DNA of 63,930 nucleotides, the filler included, from Nitrospirae bacterium CG2_30_53_67 (GTDB lineage Bacteria; CG2-30-53-67): the NCBI GenBank assembly GCA_001873285.1. It is 7 parts of 7 records of this genome, joined end to end, with 100 filler letters (N's around TTAATTAATTAA, not from the genome) between each part and the next. Parts side by side here need not be neighbours in the genome. Positions count along the whole stretch, not along the records: positions 1 to 6,547 come from MNYV01000061.1; positions 6,648 to 32,307 come from MNYV01000086.1; 5 more parts are not named here. One strand, 5' to 3'. The number at the start of each line of letters is the position of its first letter. The first letter of the stretch is position 1. Of this stretch, positions 1 through 10,513 are shown in pieces. The notes beneath the pieces are model-generated. The model worked only from the letters and a program-made list of their open reading frames with translations. It made no database searches and was not told the origin of the DNA. A program made the position numbers and the translations under genes.

Positions 1-139
1 CATTGTCCGGTCCCCCGATCCAGTCGGGGAATGACGCTCTTAGAGAAATATTTACCCATAAATTTGTCGCAGACCCGGCTTTTTTTGTCTATTGTACAAA
101 TCACATAAAAAGCATTAGAATTCCTATGGGAGGATCAGA

Positions 140-616
140 ATGAGCGGCCAAGACCTAAGAGTCGTCAAGATTCGCGTACGTATGAACGTCTCCGGCAAAC
201 GCATTATCGGTTATGTAGATCTCCCTGCGGCTTATGATCGGACTTCGGATATGTTGAGCGGTCCGGATTTATTTATTCTCGTCCGGCCGGAAAAGAATTT
301 AGCGGCGGTCAAGGCAGACAGTTTTCATATTATCCAGAAGGAGGCCATCAGTTACGTTGAGGCCCTGGAAGAGCCGAAATATTCAGAGACCGCTCTTTTG
401 CAGGGGCGTTTTCAGCCGGTCATTGCGGAACTCAAAGAGCCGACTGCCCATATCAAAGCAGAAATCTTCGTTCCCCAGGGGTCCAGCGTGCTGAGCGTGT
501 TAAACGATAATCGAAGTTTTATCAACCTGTGCAAGGTCCGTTTCGAGAACTCCGTTGAGCAATATCACTATCTCGGTGTCGGGAAAAAACAAATCATCCT
601 GCTGAAGGCGCAGTAG
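140..616 (+). CDS. Hypothetical protein, apparently two similar ~70-aa beta-rich halves (DUF6812-like)
   Basis: 158-aa ORF with GGGAGG RBS. The halves share a pattern (IIGYVDLP..RTSDMLS..FI versus IKAEIFVP..SVLSVLND..FI). The family name is from recall. Confidence 0.6.
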   Translation: MSGQDLRVVKIRVRMNVSGKRIIGYVDLPAAYDRTSDMLSGPDLFILVRPEKNLAAVKADSFHIIQKEAISYVEALEEPKYSETALLQGRFQPVIAELKEPTAHIKAEIFVPQGSSVLSVLNDNRSFINLCKVRFENSVEQYHYLGVGKKQIILLKAQ

Positions 617-654
617 GAACAGCGGGTCAGCGAAATCTCTCTCTAACCGGACTC

Positions 655-2526
655 TTATATTCTGTCCGATTGCAGCGGTTCTTTCAGCTTTTCTTCAAAG
701 GTTCTGCCTTTGTTTTCGTATTCCACGGTCAGCTCCTCAAATTCGCTGAACAGAGCTTCGATCTTTTTCCTGGATTCAAAAATGGACTTGGAACGCTTTC
801 TTATGGAGTCACCATCCTGGTTCTGTGAGGCCTCAAGAAGGAATTGAGTCTCCTGGTCAAGGCTCTTTTCCAATTCCATGATGGCGCTTTCGACCGCAGC
901 AATTTTTTTTTCAAGCGTTCCCAGGATCCTTGACCTTTCAGAAAGGATTTCAGCGCGGATACGTCGGATATCTTTTCTGTTCGCCGCTTTATTTTTCAGC
1001 GGATTCCTCTCGACATCAGGGACGGGAGCATTCTCGTTTTTCCACCCGAGTCTGCCCAGAAAGTCCTGATAGGCGCCTTCAAACATCTTCACCTGGTTGT
1101 CGTCAAAAACGATCAGTCTCTTGGCCATGGCCCGGAGAATCATTTCGCTGTGTGTGACGATCATGACCGCTCCATCGAAGGCGTCTATAGCCTCAATCAG
1201 GGAATCAACGGATTCCATGTCAAGATGGTTGGTGGGCTCGTCGAGCAGCAGGAGGTTGGCTGGGCTGACGATCAGTTTCCCAAGAAGAACCCTGCTTCTT
1301 TCACCGCCGGAGAGAACCTCGATTTTCTTTAATGCCTTGTCCCCGTCAAACATCATGGCGCCGCAGATGCTGCGGGCCGCCTTTCGATTTTGATCCGGAC
1401 GGGCATCAAGGATTTCCTGCTCAACGGTCTTATTCAGATCCAGACGGTTGATGTTGGTCTGGCCGAAATAGGCGATCTTTAAGTCCGGATGCCGTCGAAG
1501 CGTCCCGGTTGACGGTGAAAGTTCGCCTGCAAGAAGATTCAATAACGTGGTTTTCCCTTTTCCGTTTTTACCGATGATGCCGATCCTGTCGTTTTTTCCC
1601 ACCGAAAAATTTAATTTGTCGATCAGAAAAGGACCTTCGAGATTAAACGAAAAGGAGAGGTCCTCGGCTTTTAAAAGACATTTGCCCGCAAGGGGGGAGG
1701 CATTAAATTCGAAGTCCAGGGTTTTGATCTTCGATAATTTTTCAAGTTTTTCCTTTTTAAGAAGCGACTTGACCCTCGACTGGACCGCCCTGGCCTTGGT
1801 TGCCTGGGCCCTGAATCGGTTGATGAATTGCTCCGTTTCCTTGCGTTTCTTCTCATCGTTTATCCGGGTCTTCTCAAAGACCTCTTCTTCCTGGAGGACC
1901 TGTTGATAAAACTTAAGGGTTGAGCCTGAAACTTTTCTGATTTTGCAGCGGTGGATCCCCATGGTATGGGTGATGACGCTGTCCATGAAGGCCCGGTCAT
2001 GGGTAATCAACATCAGCTCATTTTTCCACGAAAGTAAAAAACGGTTCAACCATCGAGATGAAACGATATCCAGATAGTTGGTCGGCTCGTCGAGAAGAAG
2101 GAGGTTGGGTTCAGAGATCAGCACCTTGGCAAGATTCAATCGGACCTGAAATCCGCCTGAGAGCTCATGGGGATGGCGGCCGAGATCTTTTGCGGAAAAA
2201 CCAAGTCCATGGAGAACGGTCTTCACCCTGTATGTCTCATCCCTGCCGTCCTCGGTCGGCTTGAGGCTCGTGCAGCCCTCTTTTAGAATGGTATCCTGTG
2301 TAAAATGGATGTGCTGGGAAAGATGGGCAATAGAATAATCATTCGGAATACGAATGATCCCTCCATCCGGATGCTCTTCCCCAAGGAGCATTTTGAACAG
2401 GGTTGTTTTTCCGTGACCGTTTCTGCCGACCAGGCCGATGCGCTCCCCTGAATTGATGGAGAAACTGACCTTGTCGAAAAGAACCTGTTGCCCATACGCC
2501 TTGACGATATCACTGACTTGAATCAT
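655..2526 (-). CDS. ABC-F family ATPase (YheS/Uup-like)
   Basis: Two ABC domains (GRNGHGKT/LSGG/LLLLDEPTN and GKNGKGKT/LSGGE/LLLLDEPTN), no TM segments, C-terminal coiled coil. Start set at MIQVSD after a GGAAGG RBS. Confidence 0.93.
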   Translation of the reverse strand: MIQVSDIVKAYGQQVLFDKVSFSINSGERIGLVGRNGHGKTTLFKMLLGEEHPDGGIIRIPNDYSIAHLSQHIHFTQDTILKEGCTSLKPTEDGRDETYRVKTVLHGLGFSAKDLGRHPHELSGGFQVRLNLAKVLISEPNLLLLDEPTNYLDIVSSRWLNRFLLSWKNELMLITHDRAFMDSVITHTMGIHRCKIRKVSGSTLKFYQQVLQEEEVFEKTRINDEKKRKETEQFINRFRAQATKARAVQSRVKSLLKKEKLEKLSKIKTLDFEFNASPLAGKCLLKAEDLSFSFNLEGPFLIDKLNFSVGKNDRIGIIGKNGKGKTTLLNLLAGELSPSTGTLRRHPDLKIAYFGQTNINRLDLNKTVEQEILDARPDQNRKAARSICGAMMFDGDKALKKIEVLSGGERSRVLLGKLIVSPANLLLLDEPTNHLDMESVDSLIEAIDAFDGAVMIVTHSEMILRAMAKRLIVFDDNQVKMFEGAYQDFLGRLGWKNENAPVPDVERNPLKNKAANRKDIRRIRAEILSERSRILGTLEKKIAAVESAIMELEKSLDQETQFLLEASQNQDGDSIRKRSKSIFESRKKIEALFSEFEELTVEYENKGRTFEEKLKEPLQSDRI

Positions 2527-2628
2527 GCCTTCCTTAACGACGGACCGTGCTGTCTTGAGGTCTGTTTTAAATTTGAAATGGGCTATGGGTAGAAACCCGG
2601 CAGTTTGCTCAAGGAAGTTCGATGGCAT

Positions 2629-2662
2629 AAAAAAACTCCATGGCCAGCCATGGAGCTTTTTT
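2629..2662 (-). terminator. Intrinsic terminator after the cold-shock gene, possibly bidirectional
   Basis: CTCCATGGC-CA-GCCATGGAG hairpin flanked by A7 and T7 tracts. Confidence 0.75.
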
Positions 2663-2684
2663 ACCCTATCGGTATGATTTTTTG

Positions 2685-2885
2685 TTACAGTTTAACAACA
2701 TTAGCGGCCTGGGGGCCTTTCGGCCCTTCAACGACCTCAAAACTGACCCGATCCCCTTCGTTCAGGGTTTTAAAGCCATCGCCTGTTATCGCCGAAAAGT
2801 GAACAAAAACATCCGGACCACTGTCCTGTTCGATAAAGCCGAACCCCTTCCCTCCATTGAACCACTTAACCGTTCCTTCTGCCAT
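2685..2885 (-). CDS. cspA: Cold-shock protein (CspA family)
   Basis: GTVKWFN, RNP1 KGFGFI, RNP2 VFVHF, GPQAANV. AAGGAG RBS. Confidence 0.96.
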   Translation of the reverse strand: MAEGTVKWFNGGKGFGFIEQDSGPDVFVHFSAITGDGFKTLNEGDRVSFEVVEGPKGPQAANVVKL

Positions 2886-3301
2886 GTTTTTTCTCCTTTG
2901 TTCCTCGGTAGAACCGATATTTTTAAATGTACAGAATCTGACACCTGCCGTAAAGCAACTGTACGAACATAGATTACAACAAAATCAATCGCAAAAACAA
3001 GCAATAAATTTCATTTAATTGTTAGGAATTTAAAAAGGAATGTGTTAAAATAAACACATTTTAATTCGAGGTTTAAAGGACGGCTTTTTTGACCCCTGTT
3101 GCCATGACTTCACTTCTTGAGGCATCATCCTATCAAGATCCCCCTGCCGCTGGTTAGTTGATCGAATCAAGGGAGAAGGAAGAGGTTCCGTCTCGTTTCC
3201 CGAGAACCGGAGGGATCTTAAAGGTGGTGGTCCGTTGCAGAAGCCGGTGTATTCTTTAAAAAAGCCCCCAATGATGGGCATTAACCCGACCTGAGGATAA
3301 C

Positions 3302-5110
3302 ATGACGAAACGTAAGGATTTAAGAAACATTGCGATCATTGCCCATGTGGACCACGGCAAGACAACCCTCGTGGACTGGATGTTGAGACAGGCCGGAATC
3401 TTTCGGGCCAATGAACAAGTCCAGGAGCGTATCATGGACAATATCGACCTGGAGCGGGAACGCGGGATTACGATCATGGCAAAAAATGCCGCGGTTGAAT
3501 ACCAAGGGGTAAAGATCAATATTGTCGATACCCCGGGCCATGCGGATTTCGGAGGCGAGGTGGAAAGAACCCTGAAGATGGTGGACGGGGTGCTTCTTCT
3601 GGTGGACGCCTCGGAAGGCCCCCTCCCCCAGACAAGGTTTGTGCTTAAAAAAGCGCTTGAACTCAAATTGCCGCCCATTCTGGTCATCAACAAGATTGAC
3701 AGGCCCGATGCGAGGATTAAGGAAGTATTGAATGAGGTCTATGATCTGTTTATCGACCTGGACGCAACAGAAGAACAGCTTGAGTTCCCCGTCGTTTATA
3801 CAAACGCCAAAAAAGGGATTGCAAAATATCACCTTGAAGATGAATCCGAAGACCTAAGGCCTCTTCTCGATCTGATCTTGAAGACCATCCCGGAGCCCGA
3901 AGGCGATGGAGACGGGATCTTACAGCTCCTCGTTACCAATATCGGCTACAACGACTATGTGGGAAGACTGGCCATCGGAAGGATTTTTTCAGGGACCTTG
4001 AACGTCGGGGACATGGTCGCCGTGGTGAATCATAATGGTGAAGAAATCAAAACAAAGATTACATCAATTCATGCCTTCCAGGGGATCGAGCGCCAGGAGG
4101 TCCAAGAGGCCTCGATCGGCGACATCGTCGCCCTTTCCGGGATTGAAGGAATCAATATCGGCGATACCATTACAGACGCTGAAAAGCCCAAGCCCCTCCC
4201 AAGGATCATCGTGGATGAGCCGACCATATCCATGGTCTTTTCCGTGAACACGTCCCCTCTTGCAGGAAAGGAGGGCAAATATGTCACGTCAAGACACATC
4301 AGGGATAGGCTTGAGAAGGAACTCCTCTACAATGTTTCCATCAGAGTGGACTTTGAGAATACAGACGCATTCAAGGTCATGGGACGCGGCGAATTGCAGC
4401 TCGCCATTCTGATAGAGATGATCAGACGAGAGGGGTATGAGCTTTCCGTATCCATGCCGGAAACCATCACCAAGGAAATCAACGGCGTCCTGCATGAGCC
4501 CATGGAACTCCTGGTCGTGGATGTGCCTGAAGAATACGTCGGTGTCATCACACAGCAGGCCGGGATGAGAAAAGGCAGGATGTTGAAGATGCAGAATAAC
4601 GGGCACGGCAGGGTCAGGGTCGAATTCAAGATCCCGTCCCGTGGACTGATCGGTTTCCGTTCACAGTTCCTGACAGACACGAGGGGCACCGGCCTTTTAA
4701 ATCACCTCTTTGACGGCTATGAACCATGGCACGGGCCCATCATCAAAAGAAAGACGGGCGCCCTCGTCGCGGACAGGTCCGGACGGACAACCACCTACGC
4801 CCTCTTCCATTTGCAGCCGAGGGGAACGCTTTTTATCAAGGAAAACACGCAGGTTTATGAAGGGATGATTATTGGTGAGAATTCCAGGGACAAAGATATT
4901 GATGTCAATGCCACAAAAGAAAAGAAGCTGACCAACATGCGTGCCGCGGGTGCGGATGAAGCGCTTCAGTTGATCCCTCCAAGGATTTTAAGCCTTGAGC
5001 AGGCCATCGAATTTATCAAGGAAGATGAACTTGTGGATATCACGCCCCTTTCCCTGCGGCTGAGAAAGAAGATCCTGGACGTTCATAAACGGCCGAAAGC
5101 CAAGGGGTGA
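3302..5110 (+). CDS. typA: Translational GTPase TypA/BipA
   Basis: [54 protein letters not shown]. Confidence 0.97.
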   Translation: MTKRKDLRNIAIIAHVDHGKTTLVDWMLRQAGIFRANEQVQERIMDNIDLERERGITIMAKNAAVEYQGVKINIVDTPGHADFGGEVERTLKMVDGVLLLVDASEGPLPQTRFVLKKALELKLPPILVINKIDRPDARIKEVLNEVYDLFIDLDATEEQLEFPVVYTNAKKGIAKYHLEDESEDLRPLLDLILKTIPEPEGDGDGILQLLVTNIGYNDYVGRLAIGRIFSGTLNVGDMVAVVNHNGEEIKTKITSIHAFQGIERQEVQEASIGDIVALSGIEGINIGDTITDAEKPKPLPRIIVDEPTISMVFSVNTSPLAGKEGKYVTSRHIRDRLEKELLYNVSIRVDFENTDAFKVMGRGELQLAILIEMIRREGYELSVSMPETITKEINGVLHEPMELLVVDVPEEYVGVITQQAGMRKGRMLKMQNNGHGRVRVEFKIPSRGLIGFRSQFLTDTRGTGLLNHLFDGYEPWHGPIIKRKTGALVADRSGRTTTYALFHLQPRGTLFIKENTQVYEGMIIGENSRDKDIDVNATKEKKLTNMRAAGADEALQLIPPRILSLEQAIEFIKEDELVDITPLSLRLRKKILDVHKRPKAKG

Positions 5111-5361
5111 GAAAGATCAAATTCTTTCGGTGTGCCGGAGGGGCACGCCTCAATCTCGATCGGAGATGAGACCGCCTTACGACCTGTCTGCCGTGCCGGC
5201 ACAGGCAGTCCCTCTCGGTACGTCACCAGATTTACGAACAGAACCGCTTCGCGGCCCTATTTACGATAAGGACGGTTTGATTGAAAAGTACATCCGTGCA
5301 GGGATATTTTCCCTTGCAAAGGACTTGAAAATTTGCCAGCCAGCCGAAACAATCCCACGCC

Positions 5362-6411
5362 TTATTTTAATAAAACCTCGATCTTGGCCGACTTTTTCAG
5401 AGTATCAACATACTCTAAAAGCTTTGATTGAACGGCCGAGTTCTCCAGGAACTTGGCAACCTTGTCCTTGACTTCGTCGTAGGGGGTCATCTGCTCGGGT
5501 TTTTTATCTTCGCTTTTGATAATATGGTAACCAAAGGACGTCTTCACCACGTCGCTGATTTCACCGGGCTTCAGGGCAAAAGCAGCCTTGGCAAATTCCG
5601 GAACCATCTCTTCCGTGCTGAAATACCCAAGTTCCCCGCTGTTTTGTGCGGCCGTCGGATCTTCGGAATTCTCCTTGGCCAGTTTTGCGAAATCCTCGCC
5701 TTTCTTTGCGCGTTTTAGCAGCTCTTTGATCTTCTTCTGGGCTTTTGCATCATCCTCTTTTGTGGCATCCTTGGCGACTTTGATCAGGATGTGGCTGGCC
5801 TTGACCGATTCCTTCTGCATGAACTTGTCCTTATTGGCCGCATCATTATAGAAGGCTTTGATATCCTGCTCGGAGACCGAAACATTCTTCTTGATCTGCT
5901 CGACCTGATCATTCACCACCTTCTGGATCCGGATTCCCTTTTCGATATCTTTACGAAGGTCTTTTTCGGTCATGTTGTGCTCTTTGAGAGCGGCCTGAAA
6001 GTCTTCTTCCTTGGGTAGATTGGCCCTGAGTTTTTTGTATTCCTCATCCACCTGCTGATCCAGATCCTTGATCTTCAGCTTCTTCCCTTCCTGGGAAAGG
6101 AGTTCCGTGGTGATCAGGTCCTGCAATACCTTAAGACGGAAATCTTTCATTTTGTCTTCTGATGAGACCATGGCGCCCATCTGAGGATTTTGTGCGAGAA
6201 CCTGGTTGATGTTTTTTGTGAGTTCAGATTCCTTGATGGCGGCATCATTGACTTTGGCGACAACGGCGTTCTCGGTTTTTGCTTTTTCCTGCTGTTGGGC
6301 GCCATCGGCTTTTTTAACCGGATCATCAGCCCATAGAGATGACGGGGCAAGGAAGATGCCGGCCAGAAGGAATAAATAGACCATGATTTTCATTTGATGT
6401 TGGGTTTTCAA
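5362..6411 (-). CDS. Periplasmic peptidyl-prolyl isomerase/foldase (SurA_N plus parvulin; PrsA/SurA-like)
   Basis: Signal peptide, VVAKVN, SHILIK..GEDFAKLAKENSED..GELGYF..MVPEF..FGYHII. Confidence 0.9.
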   Translation of the reverse strand: MKTQHQMKIMVYLFLLAGIFLAPSSLWADDPVKKADGAQQQEKAKTENAVVAKVNDAAIKESELTKNINQVLAQNPQMGAMVSSEDKMKDFRLKVLQDLITTELLSQEGKKLKIKDLDQQVDEEYKKLRANLPKEEDFQAALKEHNMTEKDLRKDIEKGIRIQKVVNDQVEQIKKNVSVSEQDIKAFYNDAANKDKFMQKESVKASHILIKVAKDATKEDDAKAQKKIKELLKRAKKGEDFAKLAKENSEDPTAAQNSGELGYFSTEEMVPEFAKAAFALKPGEISDVVKTSFGYHIIKSEDKKPEQMTPYDEVKDKVAKFLENSAVQSKLLEYVDTLKKSAKIEVLLK

Positions 6412-6647
6412 GGGGGAGTCTCCTTATGAAAAAATGAGTATAAAAAACAAGAGAAATCACCTATGGATTCATAACGTTCGATATTAACAGGGTAAATGAG
6501 AGACGTCAATAAAATTTTTTCAAAGTGTAAAGCCAAAATAGAAATGTNNNNNNNNNNNNNNNNNNNNNNNNNNNNNNNNNNNNNNNNNNNNTTAATTAAT
6601 TAANNNNNNNNNNNNNNNNNNNNNNNNNNNNNNNNNNNNNNNNNNNN

Positions 6648-7063
6648 GCCTCGCCTTCCAGTTCCTTCTGACCGGTCTCCGTAATGACATCCTCGATCCG
6701 GACCCCTTTGGGAAACTTGTAGGTTCGATTCAGGATCGAGTTGTCTTTTTCGTAGTGGAGAATGGACTGGCCGTCTTCGTCCTTGCTGACTTCCCGTTCG
6801 ATATGGATTTCCGCTTTTGTGATATCGCATACGACACGGCGCGGGATGCGCTCCATGGCGGCGTTGCTCCTGGCTACGGAGAGGATGGCGCGGATCTGCC
6901 GGATGGAACGTTTAAGGTCGCTGGAATAGACGGCGTTTCCGATTTTCGGAAGCGTCAGCGCCAGGATGACGGATATAATCATCAGGGTGACGATCAGCTC
7001 AATCAGAGTGAACCCGCGCTCAGGATGACGGATCAAGGCGCCGCCGGGCCGGATCCTATTCAA
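6648..7063 (-). CDS. gspH: Minor pseudopilin, GspH/FimT-like (3' end lost in gap)
   Basis: Class III signal [15 protein letters not shown] start overlaps the gspG stop. Confidence 0.75.
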
Positions 7064-7490
7064 TGTTCCAGCTTTCGATGTCCGCATATTTTCCTTCGCC
7101 GCCTTCCTCGCCGTCCGCCCCATAGGATTTGATGTCGTATTCCTTATTGTGCACGCCGGGTGAGATGTAGACATAGGGATTATGCCAGGGGTCGAGCGGC
7201 ACCTTGTTATTGTCCAGGTACCCCCCCTCGTGCCAGTTTTTGGGGGCGGGTTCTATGGACGGTTTCTCAATGAGGGCCTGGAGCCCCTGCTCGGTTGTGG
7301 GGAATGTCCCGTTGTCTCTCTCATAGAGCGCCAAGGCGCTTTGGATATTGCGTATCTGTGCCATGGCGGCGGTACGGCGGGCTTCATCGGTCCGGCCGAA
7401 GAGTTTCGGCCCTACGATGGAGGCCAGAACCGAAATGATGACCAGAACCACAAGGAGTTCGATCAGGGTGAATCCTTTTTTGTTGAGCAT
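7056..7490 (-). CDS. gspG: Type II secretion major pseudopilin
   Basis: [50 protein letters not shown] before the ATG at 7490. Confidence 0.96.
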   Translation of the reverse strand: MLNKKGFTLIELLVVLVIISVLASIVGPKLFGRTDEARRTAAMAQIRNIQSALALYERDNGTFPTTEQGLQALIEKPSIEPAPKNWHEGGYLDNNKVPLDPWHNPYVYISPGVHNKEYDIKSYGADGEEGGEGKYADIESWNIE

Positions 7491-7554
7491 GAAAAACCTC
7501 CTTAATGACCGATTTCTTTTTTTCATTTTGGCAAAAACTTTATTTGTAAATTAT

Positions 7555-7740
7555 GGTTCTTCTCCCATTTAGTGGGTAAAAGGGTTCAAGGGTTCAAGTG
7601 AAATACTTAAACGCAAACAAAATCTCCAGAGAAAAACACTGGAACCCTTGATCCTTGATATTTTTAGCACTTCACTCGACCCCTTGAATCCTTGACCCCT
7701 TGAACCCTTATGTTTTCACCCACTCTTTTGGAGATGATCC
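7555..7740. mobile_element. MITE-like element, copy 1 (186 bp)
   Basis: Imperfect terminal inverted repeats GGTTCTTCTCCCATTTAGTGGGT / GGATCATCTCCAAAAGAGTGGGT, flanks TAAATTAT/TAAATTAC, internal 8-nt GGGTTCAA-type units. A second copy lies inverted at 41996-42285. Confidence 0.75.
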
Positions 7741-7747
7741 TAAATTA

Positions 7748-8965
7748 CTAATGGATCAGTTGGTTGATCTCGAAAATGGGCAGCAGGATGGAGATCACAA
7801 TAAACCCCACGACCAGCGCCAATCCCACAATCATAAACGGCTCCAGCAATGAAGTCAGGGTGTTGACGGTCGTGTCGATCTCGTTGTCCGTGATATCCGC
7901 CACCTTGTTCAGCATCTCCTCGAGCGTGCCGCTTTTTTCTCCGACATTGATCATATGGATCAGAATAGGCGGGAACACGCCGCTTCGTCTCAACGGTTCA
8001 TGAATGGACGAGCCTTCCCCAATGTGTGTGCGGGCTTCCTCGATGGTCCTCTCCAGGAGTTTGTTTCCGACCACGTTTTTGACGATGTCGAGGGAGTTTA
8101 AGAGCGGGACGCCGTTCTTCAGGAGGGTCCCGAGGGTCCTTGAGAACCTGGAAATGGCGATCTTGCGGTAAAGGGACCCGAAGATCGGCATCTTCAGTTT
8201 GAATTGGTCGAAATGAATCCTCCCTTCCTCGGTTTTAATATAGGCCTTGATCCCGGTGAAAGCGGCGGCAAAGAGGAGGAGGAAAAGCCACCAGTAGGAC
8301 CGGATGAAACTGCTGATTGCGATCAGAACTGCCGTGGGGATCGGGAGGGTCTGCTTCATGTCGGAGAAAATTTTGGTTACGGAGGGCACCACATAGGTCA
8401 TCAGAAAGAGAAGGATACAGAAGGCGATCGAGACAATGACCGCAGGATAGATCAAGGCCGACTGGATCTTCCGTTTGGTCATGACCTGCTGTTCCAGGAA
8501 ATCAGCCAGGCGAAGGAGGACGATTTCCAAGGACCCGCTGCTCTCACCGGACCGGATCATATTGACCATGAGAGGGGAAAAGGCCCGGGTGTGAGGGGAG
8601 AGGCTGTCGGCAAAACTTCTTCCTTCCCGAACCGATTCACGGACCTGGGAAAGGATCCTCTCGAGACCCTTGTTGTCGATCTGGTCGATAACGGCTGAAA
8701 GCGCCTCCACAAGCGGGATGCCGGCATTCAGCAGGGTAGAGATCTGACGGATAAGGATCGAGACCTCGATGGGACTGATGCGGGTAAAAAGGGTGATGCC
8801 TGCGGTCCGGTTTTTCCCCGGCATGGACAGCGTATCGGAGAGATCGGTGATGTAGACCTCTTGTTCACGCAGCTTCCCCCTGGCCTCCTGGGACGAGTCT
8901 GCATCCACGATTCCGGTGAGGGTCTTGCCTCTCTTGTCAAGGGCTTTGTATTCGTAAACCGGCAT
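7748..8965 (-). CDS. gspF: Type II secretion inner-membrane platform protein
   Basis: MPVYEYKALDKRGK, GESSGSLE, ALIYP, GEKSGTLEEML, LLEP. Confidence 0.96.
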   Translation of the reverse strand: MPVYEYKALDKRGKTLTGIVDADSSQEARGKLREQEVYITDLSDTLSMPGKNRTAGITLFTRISPIEVSILIRQISTLLNAGIPLVEALSAVIDQIDNKGLERILSQVRESVREGRSFADSLSPHTRAFSPLMVNMIRSGESSGSLEIVLLRLADFLEQQVMTKRKIQSALIYPAVIVSIAFCILLFLMTYVVPSVTKIFSDMKQTLPIPTAVLIAISSFIRSYWWLFLLLFAAAFTGIKAYIKTEEGRIHFDQFKLKMPIFGSLYRKIAISRFSRTLGTLLKNGVPLLNSLDIVKNVVGNKLLERTIEEARTHIGEGSSIHEPLRRSGVFPPILIHMINVGEKSGTLEEMLNKVADITDNEIDTTVNTLTSLLEPFMIVGLALVVGFIVISILLPIFEINQLIH

Positions 8966-8968
8966 AGT

Positions 8969-10513
8969 TTATTCTTGCGTCACGCGCAGGACCTCTTCGA
9001 TGGTGGTGATGCCGCTTAGAACCTTGGCGGCGCCGTCCTGACGGAGCGTTCTCATTCCCTCCTGGACCGAGGCCGCTCTGATCATATTGGAATCGACATT
9101 CTGGAAAATCAGCTTATTGATCTTCTCCGTGCTCAAAAGCATCTCATAAATTCCAGTCCGGCCGTGATAGCCGGTATGAAAACAGTAGTCGCATCCCTTG
9201 CCGTGATAAAAAACGGGATTTTTGAGCTGGGAGGGATCCAGCCCGAGCTCTTCAAGCTCGGCATGTGTGGGTTGGTGTGAAATCCTGCACTTGGGGCAGA
9301 TGACCCGGACCAGGCGCTGTGCCAGAACGCCGAGCAGAGAAGAGGAGACCAGGAACGGCTCGATCCCCATATCCACCAGCCGGGTCATGGCGCCGGCGGA
9401 GTCGTTGGTATGCAGGGTGGAGAAGACCAGATGGCCGGTCAGCGATGCCTGAATGGCGATCTCGGCCGTCTCCCGATCTCGTATTTCACCGATCATGATG
9501 ACATCGGGGTCTTGGCGGAGGATGGATCGCAGCCCCCGTGCGAAGGTCAGCTCAATCTTGGGATTGACCTGCATCTGTCCGATTCCTTTGATCTGGTACT
9601 CGATGGGATCCTCAATGGTGAGAATGTTCTGGTCCGGGGAATTGATTTTGTTCAGGGCGGCGTAGAGCGTCGTGCTCTTTCCGCTTCCCGTGGGTCCCGT
9701 GACCAGGATAATGCCGTGGCTCTTACGGATCAGTTTGGAGATCTGATGGTAGGTCTGATCGGGAAGTCCGATGTCCTCCAGGTCATAGATCGTGGCGTTC
9801 TTGTCCAGGAGCCGCAGCACCACCCGTTCGCCGAAGGCCGTAGGGATGATGGAAACACGGATATCGACCTCCTTGTTGGCGATTTTGATTTTGATCCGTC
9901 CGTCATGTGGAAGCCGCTTTTCCGCGATATTCAGGTTGGCCATGATCTTGATCCTTGAGATCAGGGCGGAGAGGAAACGTCTGGGAGGCTGGAGTCTCTC
10001 GTAGAGGACGCCGTCGATCCGGTACCGGACCAGCATCTCCTTTTCATAGGGTTCGATGTGGATGTCGCTGGCGCGGGATTCCACAGCCTGGTAGAGGATG
10101 AGGTTCATGAGCTTGATGATGGGCGCCTCGGTCTCGGCGTCCAGCAGGTCCTGGACTTCATCCAGTTCCTCGGCAATGGTTTCATATTCCTGACCGGCAA
10201 GATCATCGATCACACTCTCGGCCGTATCCGTGGCGCTTCCAAAGAAGAGGTTGATTTTCTGGTTGATCTGATTTTCCGAAGCCAGATAGGGCTCCACATT
10301 CTTCCGAAGCAGTTTCCCGAGGTCTTCCAGAGGGACGATGTTCGCCGGGTCGGAGACGGCCACACGGATCTCATGATCATCCTCAAAGAAAGGGAAGAGG
10401 ACAAAGCGTTTGAGATAGCTGCGGGGGATCTTTTCCAGAGTCGCTTCGCTCAATTTCGGTTCCGGAATCTCCTGAAGAACAGGAATCCCGATGTTCAGGT
10501 GATCTGGGTTCAT
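8969..10513 (-). CDS. gspE: Type II secretion ATPase
   Basis: ASDIHIEP, Walker A GPTGSGKST, TIEDPIE, LRQDPD, ASLTGHLV, Cys4 zinc motif. Confidence 0.96.
   Translation of the reverse strand: MNPDHLNIGIPVLQEIPEPKLSEATLEKIPRSYLKRFVLFPFFEDDHEIRVAVSDPANIVPLEDLGKLLRKNVEPYLASENQINQKINLFFGSATDTAESVIDDLAGQEYETIAEELDEVQDLLDAETEAPIIKLMNLILYQAVESRASDIHIEPYEKEMLVRYRIDGVLYERLQPPRRFLSALISRIKIMANLNIAEKRLPHDGRIKIKIANKEVDIRVSIIPTAFGERVVLRLLDKNATIYDLEDIGLPDQTYHQISKLIRKSHGIILVTGPTGSGKSTTLYAALNKINSPDQNILTIEDPIEYQIKGIGQMQVNPKIELTFARGLRSILRQDPDVIMIGEIRDRETAEIAIQASLTGHLVFSTLHTNDSAGAMTRLVDMGIEPFLVSSSLLGVLAQRLVRVICPKCRISHQPTHAELEELGLDPSQLKNPVFYHGKGCDYCFHTGYHGRTGIYEMLLSTEKINKLIFQNVDSNMIRAASVQEGMRTLRQDGAAKVLSGITTIEEVLRVTQE

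Noticed and set aside
6548..6647. TTAATTAATTAA inside N runs, repeated six times in the window
   Set aside because: It is an artificial contig-joining linker with stops in all frames. It is not biological, and ORFs ending in it are truncated artefacts.
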